Assembly: GCA_002633005.1 (NCBI GenBank)
Contig: NMRA01000289.1
Location: 52,294 to 116,293 of the forward strand
DNA length: 64,000 bases
Source of the DNA: Phoronis australis
Taxonomy: Eukaryota > Animalia > Phoronida
Direction: 5' to 3'
Shown: piece after piece, positions 11,701 to 26,700 of the stretch
Layout: every line of letters begins with the position of its first letter
Numbering within the stretch: position 1 is the first letter of the stretch
The notes under the pieces: model-generated
Seen by the model: the letters and a program-made list of their open reading frames with translations, nothing else
Told to the model about the DNA's origin: nothing
Databases searched by the model: none
Program-made: the position numbers and the translations under genes

Positions 11701-14700
11701 ACCCCGCATTGAACATAAACCTAAATCCGTAACACGATCGCCGCAATTTAGTCGTATTTAACATTCATATTTCGAGCGTAGTTTTCTGAAAAAATACAGT
11801 CACCGTTTCACCAGACAACTCTTTGGCGCATTGACTTTTTCTCTGGCGTTTTTTTCTTCTTCTCCATGGTTAATTATGGGCACATTTTTAAGATTTATTG
11901 TCCAGGTTGGACTTGAAAGACCAGCCGTTTAACTCACGCAACGTCAAATTCTGCTCTGTTTCACGCAATGAAACTCGATTTGGGTTTTAATGTCCGCAAA
12001 GTGAATTATAATTATATTGTTGAAATATTGTAACATAGCAATTGAGCAAACGAGTATTTTAAAGGTATTAATTAAAACGCTATTAAATAGGTAAAGGTTA
12101 ATCAATATCACATTTTTGTCTCATGCATGTCTACGGAAACTGGGGCTAACACGTTGTGCATCATATAATTAATACTTTCACGAGGTTTGCCCTAATTGTT
12201 TCAAAAGCGTTAATGTGAGTTGTAAATAAATTGTCGAGAAAGGTCACATGAGGCCATGAAAGGAAACTGGTGGCAGACGATGGAGCCCCGAGTCTGACAA
12301 AGATGATTTTTTGTTGAAATGACAACTATAACCTCTGAACTGAAATTGAAGCACTGAAATGTGGTAAGAGGACTTAAATTTTTTAGATTTGCTGCGTCTC
12401 TCAATGGCCTTCTGATATTTTGTTCTCTCCCTCATATTTATTTTAGAGTACGCTTTCAAGCACACTGCCAGACCAAACTTGAAATTTTGAGCATATACTC
12501 GGAATTTTACTCAAAATCGTACTCGAAATATAGATGAGTTACACTTAAGTTCGAGTATACTCGAAAATTGAGTACGCTCTCGAAATTTCGAATACAGATT
12601 TTTCGAGTATGACATTGAATACACCAAAGCTTAGTCTGTACTCGAGTTGAGTATGAAGTGTGAGTTTGAGCATGATTCAAGTCTGAGTACGGAGATTGGA
12701 GACCGGGCCCTGGTCTAAGTCCAGTTTAAACCAGGTTAAACTTAAAACCACCTTTATGAAATCGGCTGGTAGTGTTTACTAATTGTGTGGTATAAGTGCC
12801 TACGATAAAAGTCGAGGAAATTAATCTTTAATTGAGGACAGTTGTCCCCTTTTGACTTACTTTTCCTACTTAGTACTTTCCTTCCATATCCTTCTTAATC
12901 GTAGTTTTTGTTAACAAAGTACTATAATCCATCCCATACTCGCTCATTGTAAACAGTTTCAAAAACTAAATTCGTAAACTTTAAATGAGGGAAATTTGCA
13001 TTTAAAAGGTACTCCTAAAATGAGGTAGAAAACGTCAAAATTAAATTACCAGGTGAAAGTACCCATGACACTTATCATGTTAATGGTCCTAAAAGGTCCT
13101 ACGGATCAGGGCAAATTGACTAAAGATACAATTCAGTGAACAGAGTAAGTCACCAAGATGACCAGTTCGTTTCCGTTGTTTGTAATTTCTGCATATTCGT
13201 GAAGCTATTTATACATTTTATGATTTCAAAAGAAGCTCCACCTCACTTTTTGCCTCGTATTTCAATCTAAACATTTTAACACGAGTTTTTGCCAGCATTT
13301 TTGAAAAAATCATCAAATTAATAAACAATCTTCGTAGATTAAATGCATTCTTCGTGGCATGTTTAACTTGTGTAGTGAAGCAACGATGAGGGTTTCAAAC
13401 ATACAGTTGCATGAAACGACTGGAATTTTAACCTAAAAGTGTGTGCAGATGTTATACTAGATCAAGCCTTATGTACTTAAAATGTAATGATTTGTAGTCG
13501 TGGTTCGTTCAAGTAATTTTGGCCATGACTTTCACGAAGTGTATAGTACGTGAAAAAAGACTCATTTCTTTTGAACAGAGCGTAAATGTCGCTAGGTGTC
13601 GCTACCTGTTGGTGGTGCTGTTGGCAATGGCGGATAACCTTGAAAAGAATTAAAACGGAAGAATGAGTGTATTGTGACAAATTGAACATTGCAAATTGGA
13701 ATACACTTCATGTAAACAATGTCAAATTTTAGCAAAAAGCCAGATCCGTAAACATTTGAATGTCATACTAAGCACGAATTTAGACCATGTCTCAGGGGGA
13801 GACGAAATTTACTTTGGAATAACGACGTAAAATAACTGTAGATATTGAACAAAACTCGTCATGTATACCTTTAGATATTTAATTAGTAACAATACAAACT
13901 TAGTAATTTTCAGTCTTGAACAACACTAGGAAATTGAAAAAGCAAACGTCTTTGTAAACTTCCGCAAAATCTGAAAATGAGAAGACTGTTACAAGTAAGA
14001 GCGAGAGTTCACACTTCTACGTTTTCCATTTAATTATCAAAATTCTAAAAATCCAACAGCTTACTGCAGATGCCGCAGGCCAGCGCACAGTTTGTATGCA
14101 TCCAAGTCGGGTTTTTCTCGCACTCCCCAGTGGCAGCCCAACCATTGCACTGACTAGTGTCGTGTGTGTTCACGCATGGACCCCCTGGATGGAGTAATGT
14201 TCAATATTCATTTGTTCGACGATCTAAACACTATAAATTAAAATTGCGCGTAATTATTGATTGTAAGTGTTCTTGACAGGATTGGTCACAGGGACAAAGT
14301 ACAACCCAACGACAATGAGGTTGACGACTAACGATGTCGTTGACTTTGAAGTCAGTACTGATTTTGGACGAGCTACGACATCGGGTTGAAAAGGTAAAAA
14401 TATGGATCGATCCCGGGAGTGATACTAGATCACATGGACAGAGGGGAAGCAATGTTGTGCGGGATCGAGGGCCGAGTGCAACATTTCTCTTTCGAGGAGT
14501 ATATGATCTCATAGGCACGAGAGATTGGTATATGTGTGCCTTATCACGCAACCATTAAGACTTCTTTCCCATCACTTTTTCGTATCTTAATAGCTTTCCA
14601 TGTTCTTATCAGCTTTAATATATTAGCATCGTCTGCTTTGTTTTGTAAACAGAGTTTATGATTTCTTCAGCGTTTGATTGGTCAGTTCACGAATCGGGGC

Positions 14701-17700
14701 ATCTGACGTTCGGGTGGTACGAATGAAAAGTGATATTCAACGGCCAGTTTGTTCAAGTGCGAATTAGCCAATTAGAGGACAGAACCACGCGTGGTCGTGT
14801 AATAATGTTGCCTACAGAAGCCATTTAAATTGCTACCGCTCTTACATGTTTAATTTCACGATAACCGAGTGCAGTTAGAATATGCAAAAAGGTCTCTGAC
14901 AGACTGGTCGGTATTTTATTAAATTATATCTTACAGTCACTTACCTGTAGGCGGCGGTCGGGTAGTAGGTGGCGGAAGGGTGGGTGGGGTCGGCTTAATA
15001 GGACATTTTCCTCGAGTGACCACAATGTCGTCTATGCTCGCATATGCTATCGATTCCAGTTTCGTTGCGCTGATTACAATCTAAAAGACAATTTGTTAGA
15101 ATGTGAAAATCGGATGACATTTTCATGTTCTGTATTTGCATATTAATTCAAATAGATCAAGACAAACCTGAGAAGAAATATTTGATAATGCGCAGTATTT
15201 TAGCCTCCAGGAAGTGTTTTCACCACAAGTCGTAATCATTAGAGCACTTCGGCTACTCGTTATTTCGAAGGCGGCGTATGAGTAACGACAAGTCACAGGT
15301 TCATACTCGCGTATGCGTTTCATTTTTTGAGATTTTCGTCTACAAGTTAAACGCGAATGTTTGGTTCACTATACAGTCAACAGAGAAAACGAAACGTTCT
15401 ATTGTATTTGGCGCTCCGGGAAGATGCCTTCGATTCATTGGACTTGCACATGTTGGATGTAGATGATAAACTACGAAAAACACTCAACCACAACATTCAA
15501 ATAGATTTAGCGTCCTTGACAGACGCGAAGCCTAGGGTCTCTCTCGGTAAGCTCATCTGGGCCCGGTCTCCAATCTCCGTACTCAGACTCATATTCATAT
15601 TCGAGATTTCATACTCAAAATCGTGCTCACTGGAGTCGTACTCAAAAAATCGTATCTAATGTCCCATTTGGAGTAGACTCCAAACGTACTCAAATCTGAC
15701 ACTCATACTGGAGTTGCTATGGAACTCTTTATCATGTGAAATCCAAAACACTCAAAGTCGCCCTGATTCATCGCTCCCTATTGGCATAGACCACCCCAGC
15801 AACTACATTATTGTCTACTGTCGCTACAATTACAAGTGCATAACGTGGAATTCTGGCCCTGTTATGTATGTACATTTTCATCCACTGGTGTTTATAATAC
15901 AACAAAATTACACTTATTGTTTTTCCATGCCAAATGAGGTGGTATGGAGGTCGCAAGGTATTGTTCAACTTGCTAGATCCAGTCGACGGGCGTAAGCGCA
16001 TCGCATGGTTATCACCTATGGGACGCTACCATTGTTTTCCACTGCTGCGTCTTTATTGGATATGTCGATACAGGTTGCATGTAACCTATATTGTACCTTG
16101 GGTGCACATCGGCCGGTTACCAATAAATACTTGCCGTTACATGGGCGGCGCAGCACTGAAAAATGTGGGTGTTATAGCCTCCCAGCCCCCTATGGTGCCC
16201 CACATGCATTAGCTTTATTATACGAAAGAAAAACAAACCAAACAATGCATACGCTTATTTACCGATATCTACGAGATGAGCTTACCACTTGATTTCCCGT
16301 GGGATTATTTCCGAAGTAGTGTTCGTGATTCTGTTGCACAATGGAGCAGCTTGATCTAGTGACCATCGTAGCCGGAAGCCCTACAATGACCCTACCGCAA
16401 AATTTCCACCAAACATTGCTGTAGTGGGTCGTATGCGCAAGTAAGCGCAGCCAACCACCTTTTGGCATTTGAACGTAGCTCCTACGCACCGTTAGTTACG
16501 TTCAGTGCTCAAGGTGATACTGTGGGTTTTGGGCGCCTACTTACCTCTACTTTTACCACAACAGTACTGGCACCAAATCTTCACTCGGACAGAATTGTTT
16601 CTTACAATGGACATTCGAGAAAGTACCGGGTTTTTTATTTTTCGTTCAAAACCGTCCTGTTGCGAATAAATACGTTGCAAACTAGGTTATATTTTTAGCG
16701 CAAAGCTTTCAGAGGCACCAACGAAATTTTGCTGATACAACACAATATTACCACACTGTCCTAGAAATCTCTAAGCACCATGACCAGCTAATTGTAGTAC
16801 AAATCCGAAAAGCGGAAAGGTGAAAAATCAAAACTTACACAACAACCTTGGCTTTCGTTGTAAACTATTTTAGATTATAAGTTAAAAATTAAACTGCAAA
16901 CAAGAAATGCTAACTTAACTAAACAAAGGCGCAATCTGAGTAGGCCTACTCGATTCGCCCTTAACACGACTTCACACGATCCAATCCAGTATTTGTAATG
17001 CTTTTATTAGAATAGCCTCTGCTAACTTCCAGTTTCTTTATGAACAACAAAATTGCCTTCCAAAACAAAGGGGCAATAGTCACAATCTAAGTGAATGTTT
17101 CGTAAGTTATGCGTGGACACGTCTGACGAGCCTATGACATTGCTGAACTCAGGGCCAAACAAGCGTTGAACCTGAAAAGTGTTGCGAGAGGTGTTGAAAT
17201 TCTACCTCAATTCCAAGATGTTACAGTGTTTGCAATGATACTAGTACAAACCTCGTCTTGTGAGGATGCCTAATGCGGACAGTCTTTTAGTTAACGTGTT
17301 TCGGTGTGGAAACCATGACTCGTGGGCTTTTTGCAGTGCAAATTAGGATGCGCCATTTAATGATCAGGAAGTCCAATTGATGTATCCTTCTAAAGGCCTA
17401 GCAAAAGTGGCCCGACGAAGTGAACTTAAATTCCATTGACAGTTCTTTTAGTAACTCTATGTCTCAAAGTTTAACCAGCAGCATTATATCTCATACCTCG
17501 ACTGGAAAACGGATCCTTGGATCTAAATCATTTTGATCAATCTCGTGCTCATATAACTCCCATTTCCACTCCGCAGCTGAAGATTGCGTATTCCGGAATG
17601 AATTATAAATCTCATCGCCCCGTCGTCCATTTGACGAGTAGTAAAAGTTGACACCAACAGCCATTCCACCTAAATTGAAAAAAAAAATTGCTAGTACTTA

Positions 17701-20700
17701 TGTAGGTGTAGCCTTTCGTCGAAAACAATCGTATGTTTTTGACAGTCGGAAAGACCACTTTTCTTCTCAATTATACTAATTATCAACTTAAAAAAAGGAT
17801 TCTGAGCCCTGATATGGTGATTTTGTTCAAAATCGTTCTGTTGTAACCTGTTATCACATAGTTTGTGAATGGCCAAAACAATGCTTTGTTAGGCACATAG
17901 TACTACGTTATGTGGCACAGAATACTTTGTGATTCTATAAAGGCATTGGAGGTGGATGTTGTTTCCCTACATCCGACTCCGGTTAATAGCGGAGTTGCAA
18001 CGCCGCCATATTGGAAATGGGTCAGAATGTTGCATTGTGGTTAAGCCGGTAAACAAGTACGTCGGCAAGCGTGGGGGCGAACCGGCCACAGGTAGGTTAT
18101 ACGTGTTGTGTGCCTGGCATGCTATAATACCAGTTAGCGAAATAAAAAATTTAGTTACTACCTGTTTCTCAAGGATCAAGAACTGCGTTAAACGTGGGTC
18201 AGAGACATCGGTAGAGCTGGTAGCAAAGGCCGACTTCGTGAATTCTTTCCGACTTCATAGCATAAAGTGTGCAGCGCTCATTTAGAAACTGCCCAACAAT
18301 ATCTCCCTTCAAAGATACAGTAACAAATACTCCACGGCGGTTGGTAGTGAAAAAAAACTTGTTTTCGCTTGACCAGAACCAAGCCAACATGAGCAAATTT
18401 GAGGATAGTGCCTCTGCACAATCACCTGTTCTGGGTCGACTCACTTAACGTATGCACACTATATGCATTACGCGCTAAGATAAAGCGTGCAGATTATTAT
18501 TATTTACTTTCTACAAAATTGTGGTACATTGCTATCAAAATTCGTTGTTAAATTACGATCATTTTTCATAAAATTTTGTTGAAGTTCCAGGGCGAAATCT
18601 TGCCGACAAATGCGTAGCTGCTGGTCTCGCAATCGTCGATAGGGCTTGAATTCTTAAATAAGAATACAGCTTTGACTCAACAAATTACCTGAAATCCTCC
18701 TCAAGTTTTCCAAATAGCGTCTCTAAGATTTTTAAGTTCTTGTGAAGTCTGGATTAACTGCAGATTAAGTCCAAATCTACGCTAGATTGTAGCACGCAAC
18801 CCGAGAAAAATCTCTGTGGGAACACATGTTGTTGTCACGTGACGTTTGTTTTGAAGTTTGTATGCGTGTGTGTGAGAGTAAGCGTGCGTGTGCTTGTCAG
18901 AGTTCATTTGCCAGAGTAATGTAATGATCTAGGTGTGCATTGTATCCAAAAAAAAAATAAGTCAAGCAGTCAAGCAGAGCGTGTTTTAATATTTACGGCT
19001 TAGCACTTGCTGGCCTCATCTGCTAAAAACGTTCGAGAATTTTTTCGGTAAGACCGACATGTCACTCATTGAGTCGCCGGGTGAGTGGATGCGTGACCGT
19101 AGTGTAACAGCTATTTCCCGGAAGATTTGGGGTGTAAGGGTGCGAAGTGGGTCATTTTGACCTTAAAAACACCAATTATGATTAGTTAAATAATTTCTCT
19201 TAAAAATAATGCAGAAGCTTTTTACGGTATTGGAAACTTTCGGAAATTAGTGCCAATATTTATTTGCCGATGCTATGTTACCCGATTAATCTTCGATGAC
19301 AGTCGGTACATTATGCAGCGCGCGCTTCTTGGTCGCGTGCTAACACTGGTCGAGTTTTTTTATTAGTCTTCGATTCACGGTTTTCACATGTACAAAGAAG
19401 TTTGAGGCCGGAGAAGATCTGTACTGGAAAGAAACAATGCAATCCCGCTCTTTGACAAGTACGCTGTGTCTGTTTTCAAAGTCCAGACCCGCGTAGTGGG
19501 GCACATCCCTTGCAAGAGCAGCAAAACATCTGCGTTCTTTTTGAATCGCGGCGTAAGTTTGAAGTGTATACGGACATAACGGTGAGGCTCGTAGTCCGTT
19601 ACAAATTCAGGCTGTCGGATCTTTCAATTGATAAATTGGAGACGTTAGAACTGTAGGTAAGGGCATTTTTCGCATGTAGTTCATGGGCTAGGCGCCTACT
19701 TTAGCAAAGTCTGAAAACGCGTTGGGGCACTTGTTGAGCCATGGGCGCTAATTAGAGCGAACAGCGGCAGAATTACATACAGCAGCGTAGTTTAATGCAC
19801 ACAAATCACACGTCGTGCAAACCAATCGGCCATTCTATCTACCCTTATCAATCCCAATAGCCTTTGCGCACCCTAATTTCCGGACATGCGCAATCGTTAA
19901 ATCGATTCGGTTGCAACTCCGCTATTCGCCCAAGCGTTAGTAACGCATGAGAATTGAGAGCAATTTTCAGGGTTACAGAGCATTATTTTGCTTCAAAGAT
20001 CTAATGGTAGATAGGGTGAAACGAGGCTTAGTATCTTTCCATAGGAATAGACCTATTCCATTAGCTTTGGCATTCAACGAAGAAATTTCACCAAGCAAAC
20101 ACTAAACAGTTCAATACAGTGGAGACCAAAATTGTAAATTTGGGGTAACCAATGAAACCGTACGCAGGTAGAGTCAGGCCATCGCCGGATGCCTCTCCAG
20201 AAGAAGACAGCCATAGTGAAATTCAAAATGATTAGCTCCTGGGACACCTACAAACACTGCATTTGAGTTGAACTCCTCACTTTCATACTGGCAGGTTCAA
20301 TTTAAAGGCCTTGTTCGGGCAGCGTGTTAGTTGTAGTTAAAGTGACGCTTATGTTATTATTCATCTAAATACCTGAGAATTCTGCCACGTGGACCTTGAA
20401 TTTTAGTCTAGCAGCCAGAAACGGTGACCTAGAAATTCTAAGGTTATTCGGTTGTTTCATGTCTAGGTGACCCTCCTAAAGCCTTAGCTGGGTTGCACTC
20501 TAGACAACCTCGAGCATTTCAAAGAACTAGTCCTCCAGCTACCAGGTATGGCTCATCCGATTTCCAACAAATTTGAAACATAGGTAATCCTAGGGAATCT
20601 CTGAACAGCAGTATTTTTTCCAAAAATGTTACATTCTTACAAAGTATAGGCTGAAACACATTTTATTACTTCGTAGCCGTGTTTTCAGGCGGTAAAACTA

Positions 20701-23700
20701 TCTATTTTAACCGTGTATTTTTCCTTGCCATTTTTAGTGATGCCAATAGATTGTTATACAGATATTTTGAAAAAAGATACCGATTTACATCCCTCATTTA
20801 GTAGTTTTGCTACACTACTCCCGGTAGGCCATTTTGAGGTTATGTTTAATCCACGCCTATACCAAATCTGCTAAAGCGAATAAAACTTCTCCTTAGTATT
20901 GACAAAGCATGTTTCTTTCATCGCATAAAATAAAATCACTGTCAGCCAGTCTACTGTATTAGTCATACATATTGCCACATCAAATGTACTAAAACGAGAA
21001 ATTTTCAAATATCAGGGATGGTTTCGCCAGCAAAAATATGATACACCGACCAGAGACTTGTATACTGTAAAATCAGTTTTCATAATACAATACAAAGACA
21101 ACTGTAGAGTCAAAAGTACAATTGTCATGGCTCTACGCTCTTAAAGCATTCTCCACTTCCTCCGTCACATGTACTACATTCAGCTGTCCCAGTTTCCCAC
21201 ATTTGCTGAGAGTAGTCAATCTCGAAAAGTAACTTTGGACCTGTTGGGAAGTTAGCCAGTGATCTTTGACAAACACTTCTTTCCCGAATCGTTGCTTAAG
21301 CTAAGAATTCTCTTTGACACATCTTGGTGCTCTTCCGCCTGTCTCTTGCTCTCTCACAAACTCGTCCAGAAGAAATTTATCTATGGCCCAGGGAACCTTC
21401 TTACTGGTTTTGAACTTTTCCTTGCTCAACATATACAAATAATCGGCAGGTCCTCAACTTCAGCAGAAGCCACTTCTTCAGCATAAGCCATTTCTGATTC
21501 CTAAAACTGTGGTATTGACAAAAATTAAACATACAACTTAAAGTGTCAATTTTGGCTTAGAAAGTGTGAATACCAAGCTCAAGTTAAAACATCACATTGA
21601 GATTTGATTGTAAAAATTCAAACAATTAATTTTTAAGTAATTGACAGAAGGACAAAGGTCTAAAACAGAAATAGGGCGCACTACATGCATAAAATATTGA
21701 GACCGGTTGAAATTATACGCATACATATGTGTCAGCGTCCATTTTGAAATACATCAGCTGTGCATTATAATTTTTCTTTCATAAATAGCGAAACATAAGG
21801 CAGTTGACCGATTTTATGCCATTAAGCAATTGGTTACAGATTTTTACAAGTACTTACCATTACCGTAGTATCCATGGGTTCCAAATCAGACTCGCTTTCT
21901 TTTGGCCTACTCTGTTTTGATTCAGATTACATCAGTTATTCGTTGTGGAAACCACGATGCTGAGACCGGTGGGCATTTCAAACAAAATTATGTTGATAGA
22001 ACCGAGATCCTGAGACAATTAAGTTGCGAACCAGAGATACCGAGATAATTAACTCGGGATAGCAAGATCCTGAAATAATTAAATCGGGATCAAGAGATCC
22101 TGAGATAATTATAACAGAAACGCGAGATGTCATCTGTGTGCCACCGTACAAAACTAAGGTACAAAACAAACTGACCAACGTTCAACTACAAATCAATCTC
22201 AAAACAGTATTCTTAATTGTCATTTCGTTTTCATGCACCTTTTAAACTATTTTTAAGACAGTCATAAAAATCGTTATTTTGATAGCCGTCATGCAAACAA
22301 CAAACAAAATCAATTTCTGTGCTTAGAAATTTCAAAAAAACAGAAGGTAAATTGAAAATAAACGGTAGTAAAAGCAACATGAACAAATTTCATTTGATAT
22401 GAATGTTCAATACGAAATCTAAAAACTTCATTGCAGTTTTCTTTACTGTCATATTGCTTTTTCTTCCTTCAGTTGTTTTGCCTTTTTTCAGACAGACATG
22501 ACGGTTCTATAGATACCTGTACATGTAGCCTGCCAAGGAAACGGGATATGACATGAAATCATTTCCTATATTCGTTTCGGAAACAATGCATACAGCATAC
22601 CATTTAATTTTTTTATATGAATCTGACAGCCATTTCTGAAATATGAGGCTTCAACGTTAACTAAATTCCGAATATTTTCTCAGGTCATAGATGACCTCAG
22701 TACCAATGTGGTGAGATGGGGCGTCATCAATACGCCTTCTAGTGAAAGAATTAATAAATTATAACTTTTTGATGGTAACCATAATGAAATAAAACATGGC
22801 AAACGACATTTTGAACATTTTGTTGCAAGCTAAATTTTGACGCGTTAAAAACAGCTTGACACATGACTTCTATTGGCCACAAGGTCCTGGTTGTATAAAA
22901 GTTTGTATCCAGCGGATAAGAGCTTATACACTGTACGTCGGATGGCAAGTTTTATGCAACCGGGCACAGGTCAATAAATGTCACGGTTTGTCAGCTTCCA
23001 GAAAAAATGACCAGGGCCACATTTTATTTCACTTATGTGTACTGAATGTATTATATTTGTCATAAATGGTTTTTGAAATTTTTGAAGTCAAGAGTAAAAA
23101 AGTCCACCCATGGCTTCTTCTCTCTTTTACCCATATTAAGGAAGTCCCACCATTTTGACAGCACTTCCTTGTTCAGGTTTCTGACAACTGGAATTTGGAG
23201 GGTAATGAACCACTTTAGCTTAACTTATTTCAGGGTTTATACAGGGCAAGAACGATTGGAATCTTACCTGTAAATCCGCTCAGGGATCGAAGGGCGGGGG
23301 CAGTCGTGAATTTATTATTTTGAAGAGAAAAATTAATTCTCGATAAGTGATAATCATTTTTAGCATCTCATTGTGGACATACCAAGGCAAAAAGATGTGA
23401 CATCGAAGAGTTACTTTTTCAGTGGCAACCTCCATCGAGTGAGCTTAATGCAAGTAGTTTTGACGAATGTCTTGAGACAGATTGGTGACGAGGGTTTTTG
23501 TTGAATTAGTTTGTGCTTTGGACGGAATCTCGGCCCCAATTTTTTCTGAGTGTCAATCTTGAGAATCTATATTGACTATTTGCTATCAGTTAGCATCTTA
23601 AGATTCGTGCCGGTTACCCAAAGTGCACAATTTTCTAAAAAAATCACCCTTATTACTTCCTGGTGCTTTTAAACAGGTTCGACCATGTACAACAACGCAT

Positions 23701-26700
23701 ATCGTTTTTAGACTAAAATGGCGATATAATGTATGGGTGAAAATGCCGTTTAACAACTGACAATTCAGATCAGTATAGCTTTGAGTGGCGCTTGCCACAC
23801 TGAAGCTCGATCCTCAAATCGCATTTCACAATTTACCCCGCGATACGTTCCAAATCGCGAGATACACATGATAAAAAACATAGTTGGGTAACGAACTAGG
23901 TTGTAAAGCATCGAAGAAATGCATTAGCTTGCGAAACTTGAAGAGAACCCCGATAAGAATACTTGTTGAAAGTAAGAAACTAATTCTACAAAGACGAACC
24001 TGTTATAATGTAATAGAACCGGACACAGTATGAGCTGTGCTGATACAGTATCAATCCTTCGAGAGTGATTATGTCGTATGGATTTAGAAGCACTTCAATC
24101 AACGACCCTGGCTTGTAATGAGGGCCTGACCACAGGTAACGTCTTGGGCCGGTTTTTTTCTTCACAAATTGGAAACCGTTTGTGTGATCCACGCTGGGTT
24201 GTAGATCCGAAGCATGAGAGCTACGCAAGAAGTCAAAATACGATCCTTCGTAAAAGTTTCCATTGTCCCCCAGACTCTGTCTGAATGGACAACGGGATGT
24301 TCCAAGGTAGCCGCCGTACTTATCAAAGGTGCAGATCGCGGAACCTGGAAAGAATGTGGCCATATAGTTTTGAAGTAGATCATGAACAGACAATTCGCTA
24401 CTATTTCAGAACATTGAACCTGACTTGACCAGCTGTAAGTATACTGGCTGTTAGCCAGCTAGCTAACCACCTATGAAAAATAAGATAGTAACATAATTTC
24501 TATAAAAACGATATTTTAATTTATTGATTTTTTCTCTCATGTTCTCTCACTTGTAAATCACCGATCTCCAGTTTGAATGTGGGTATCATGTCGTCGGGAT
24601 CCTTTGACTTGAGAATTATACTCTGTTATTAGTGGTAACCTACTTTAGCAGACGATACTTTCGCGGTCGAAGTTTAGCTATAATAGTTGCTAAACCTTAA
24701 TTTATAGATTCATTTTTTATAGTTTGATGAGATTTTCTATTGGTTTTGAGTAAAAGCGTTATTTGACAAAACTAGCTCGGATTTTCTTAAAAGGTCACGA
24801 CCTCCAACACCGGGCCTATGACATAGAAAGTAGTTACAAAGCCGAAGGGAGTCGACAGAAGGTAGATCGATTTATTGCAATATTTCTCGTTCAGTATGTG
24901 GCATAAATAGATTATTACATGTTCTCAGTCGTTACCCCTCTTTTCTGGAGTCCTCGTGGATTTTGGAGAATTATCGCCCGAGGGGCATGAACCCAAATTC
25001 CACTGGGGTCCTAGAATACGGGGGATAAGGACTTCGCCATGTAATAATCTATATTTACCACTCTATGTTAATCTTCCACAGAACCCAAAATTGCACACAA
25101 CCAGGGCAGTCCTGTTTGTCATCTCGCTGTGAAACTTGTATCAAAATGTACAGCTAAAGACCGGACGGGGTACATGTGCATGCAAAATCTGGGAATCAAC
25201 CGACACTCACCTTGCCCGTAACAGCCATTTAAGTGAAAAACGATCTAATAAACGTCATGTTCTTGCACAATTTTCCGCCTTTTATAACAAAGAAAAGTTA
25301 TGTCGTCGTTTTGAAAACAATACGCTCGTGACACGCGCACCCGCCATTTAATAAATTTTTGCTACATCGCTTGGGAGATGATGATAGCTTGGCAGCAACA
25401 ATTTTTTTCCGAAATTCCTTTTTTTTGGTATCAAAAGCCTAAAAACTTATATTGAAGTAAAACCAGTTCCGATAATTTGTTGTGATATGTACGCAACCTC
25501 GTGAAAGAACAACAGTTGATTGAAGAATCGGCAAAAAAGAAACTGTCCAATAGGTGACACAATATTTCATAACCTAGCATTGTTGTGAGGACTTGACAGG
25601 GACCTCAGGGGTATCACGCTCCACTGATTTATATACACTAGTTTGAAACACAGGCGTCCTCAGCTTCTGATCGTCCCCAATACACTACATATAATACTAC
25701 AAGGTATGACACTTCGGACTTGAAATTCCACGGTACGGAAATTGCCGCTTTGTCGCGTAAAGTCACGATGTCGCTACTTCCGTAACTCACCGGCAATTTC
25801 CGTAACCGTCCTTGACCTCGACGGGCCTAGGGAGAACGTGTGTGGGGGCTTTTTGTGAACATTTTTGTTCTTTGACTGCAAATTTCTTACGAAGTCGCCG
25901 TAACAGGACACCGTGAATGGTATTGGGAGAAAGAACAATTCTTCATGGTTTGTTGAACCCCTGTTTTGTGCAAATTTATTGAGTTTTATGTTTGCTATGG
26001 ACGGCTGAAGTGAAGCACTCGTGGAATTTCAAGTCCGAAGTGTCATACCTTGTAGTATTATATGTAGTGTATTGGGGACGATCAGAAGCTGAGGACGCCT
26101 GTGGTTTGAAAAGGCTTTGCCAAGTTCCACATTTTATGTCATGAAAGAGATAATTATACCCACAGCTAACGCAGCAAAAGTAGAACTAGTCTCGTTTATC
26201 ACATTGGTGTAAACTCACAGTAGCACTGTGACTTTATGTTGATCCGAGACCGTCCGGAATTGTACCATATACCAACTCCGGACGGTCTCTCACGACGATT
26301 TAGCGTTATGTCATTGCGCCGAAAGCCGGCCCATAAGATCTTCCCGCAACTTAAGCTGAAGAATAACGGTACACCGCCCTCCAACACGGGTAAATAAGTT
26401 AATCTACTCAAGGAAGGGTGCAGTTTTTAATGACATTAAATTTGTGTCAGATTTTATCTAGTCAGCTGTTTAACCACATTGGTGCAAAGCTGTATACATG
26501 TATTTAGTATACAGCTTTGTACGAAGGTTAACGGGCCATGTGACTGTGCTAGATGCAGATATTTCTCTTGGTAGTTTGGGTTCTCTTTCATTCACTTTTG
26601 CTGCTAATTAATACAGAACTAACCTGGGCAGGGCCATGCTCCACAAGGCTTGAAGCTAGTGTCCATTCCGTAGCACTGTCGTCCGCCATTGGCTGGAGTC

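Noticed and set aside
15123-15323. ORF as the middle MAM exon
   Set aside because: No phase-1 acceptor; 17497-17669 fits exactly.
21999-22128. CRISPR-like array
   Set aside because: Degenerate tandem units without unique spacers, no cas genes, eukaryotic context.
22860-22920. IQPGPCGQ* as a MAM C-terminus
   Set aside because: It lies in a MITE terminal repeat, and the real MAM end is at 14945-15080.
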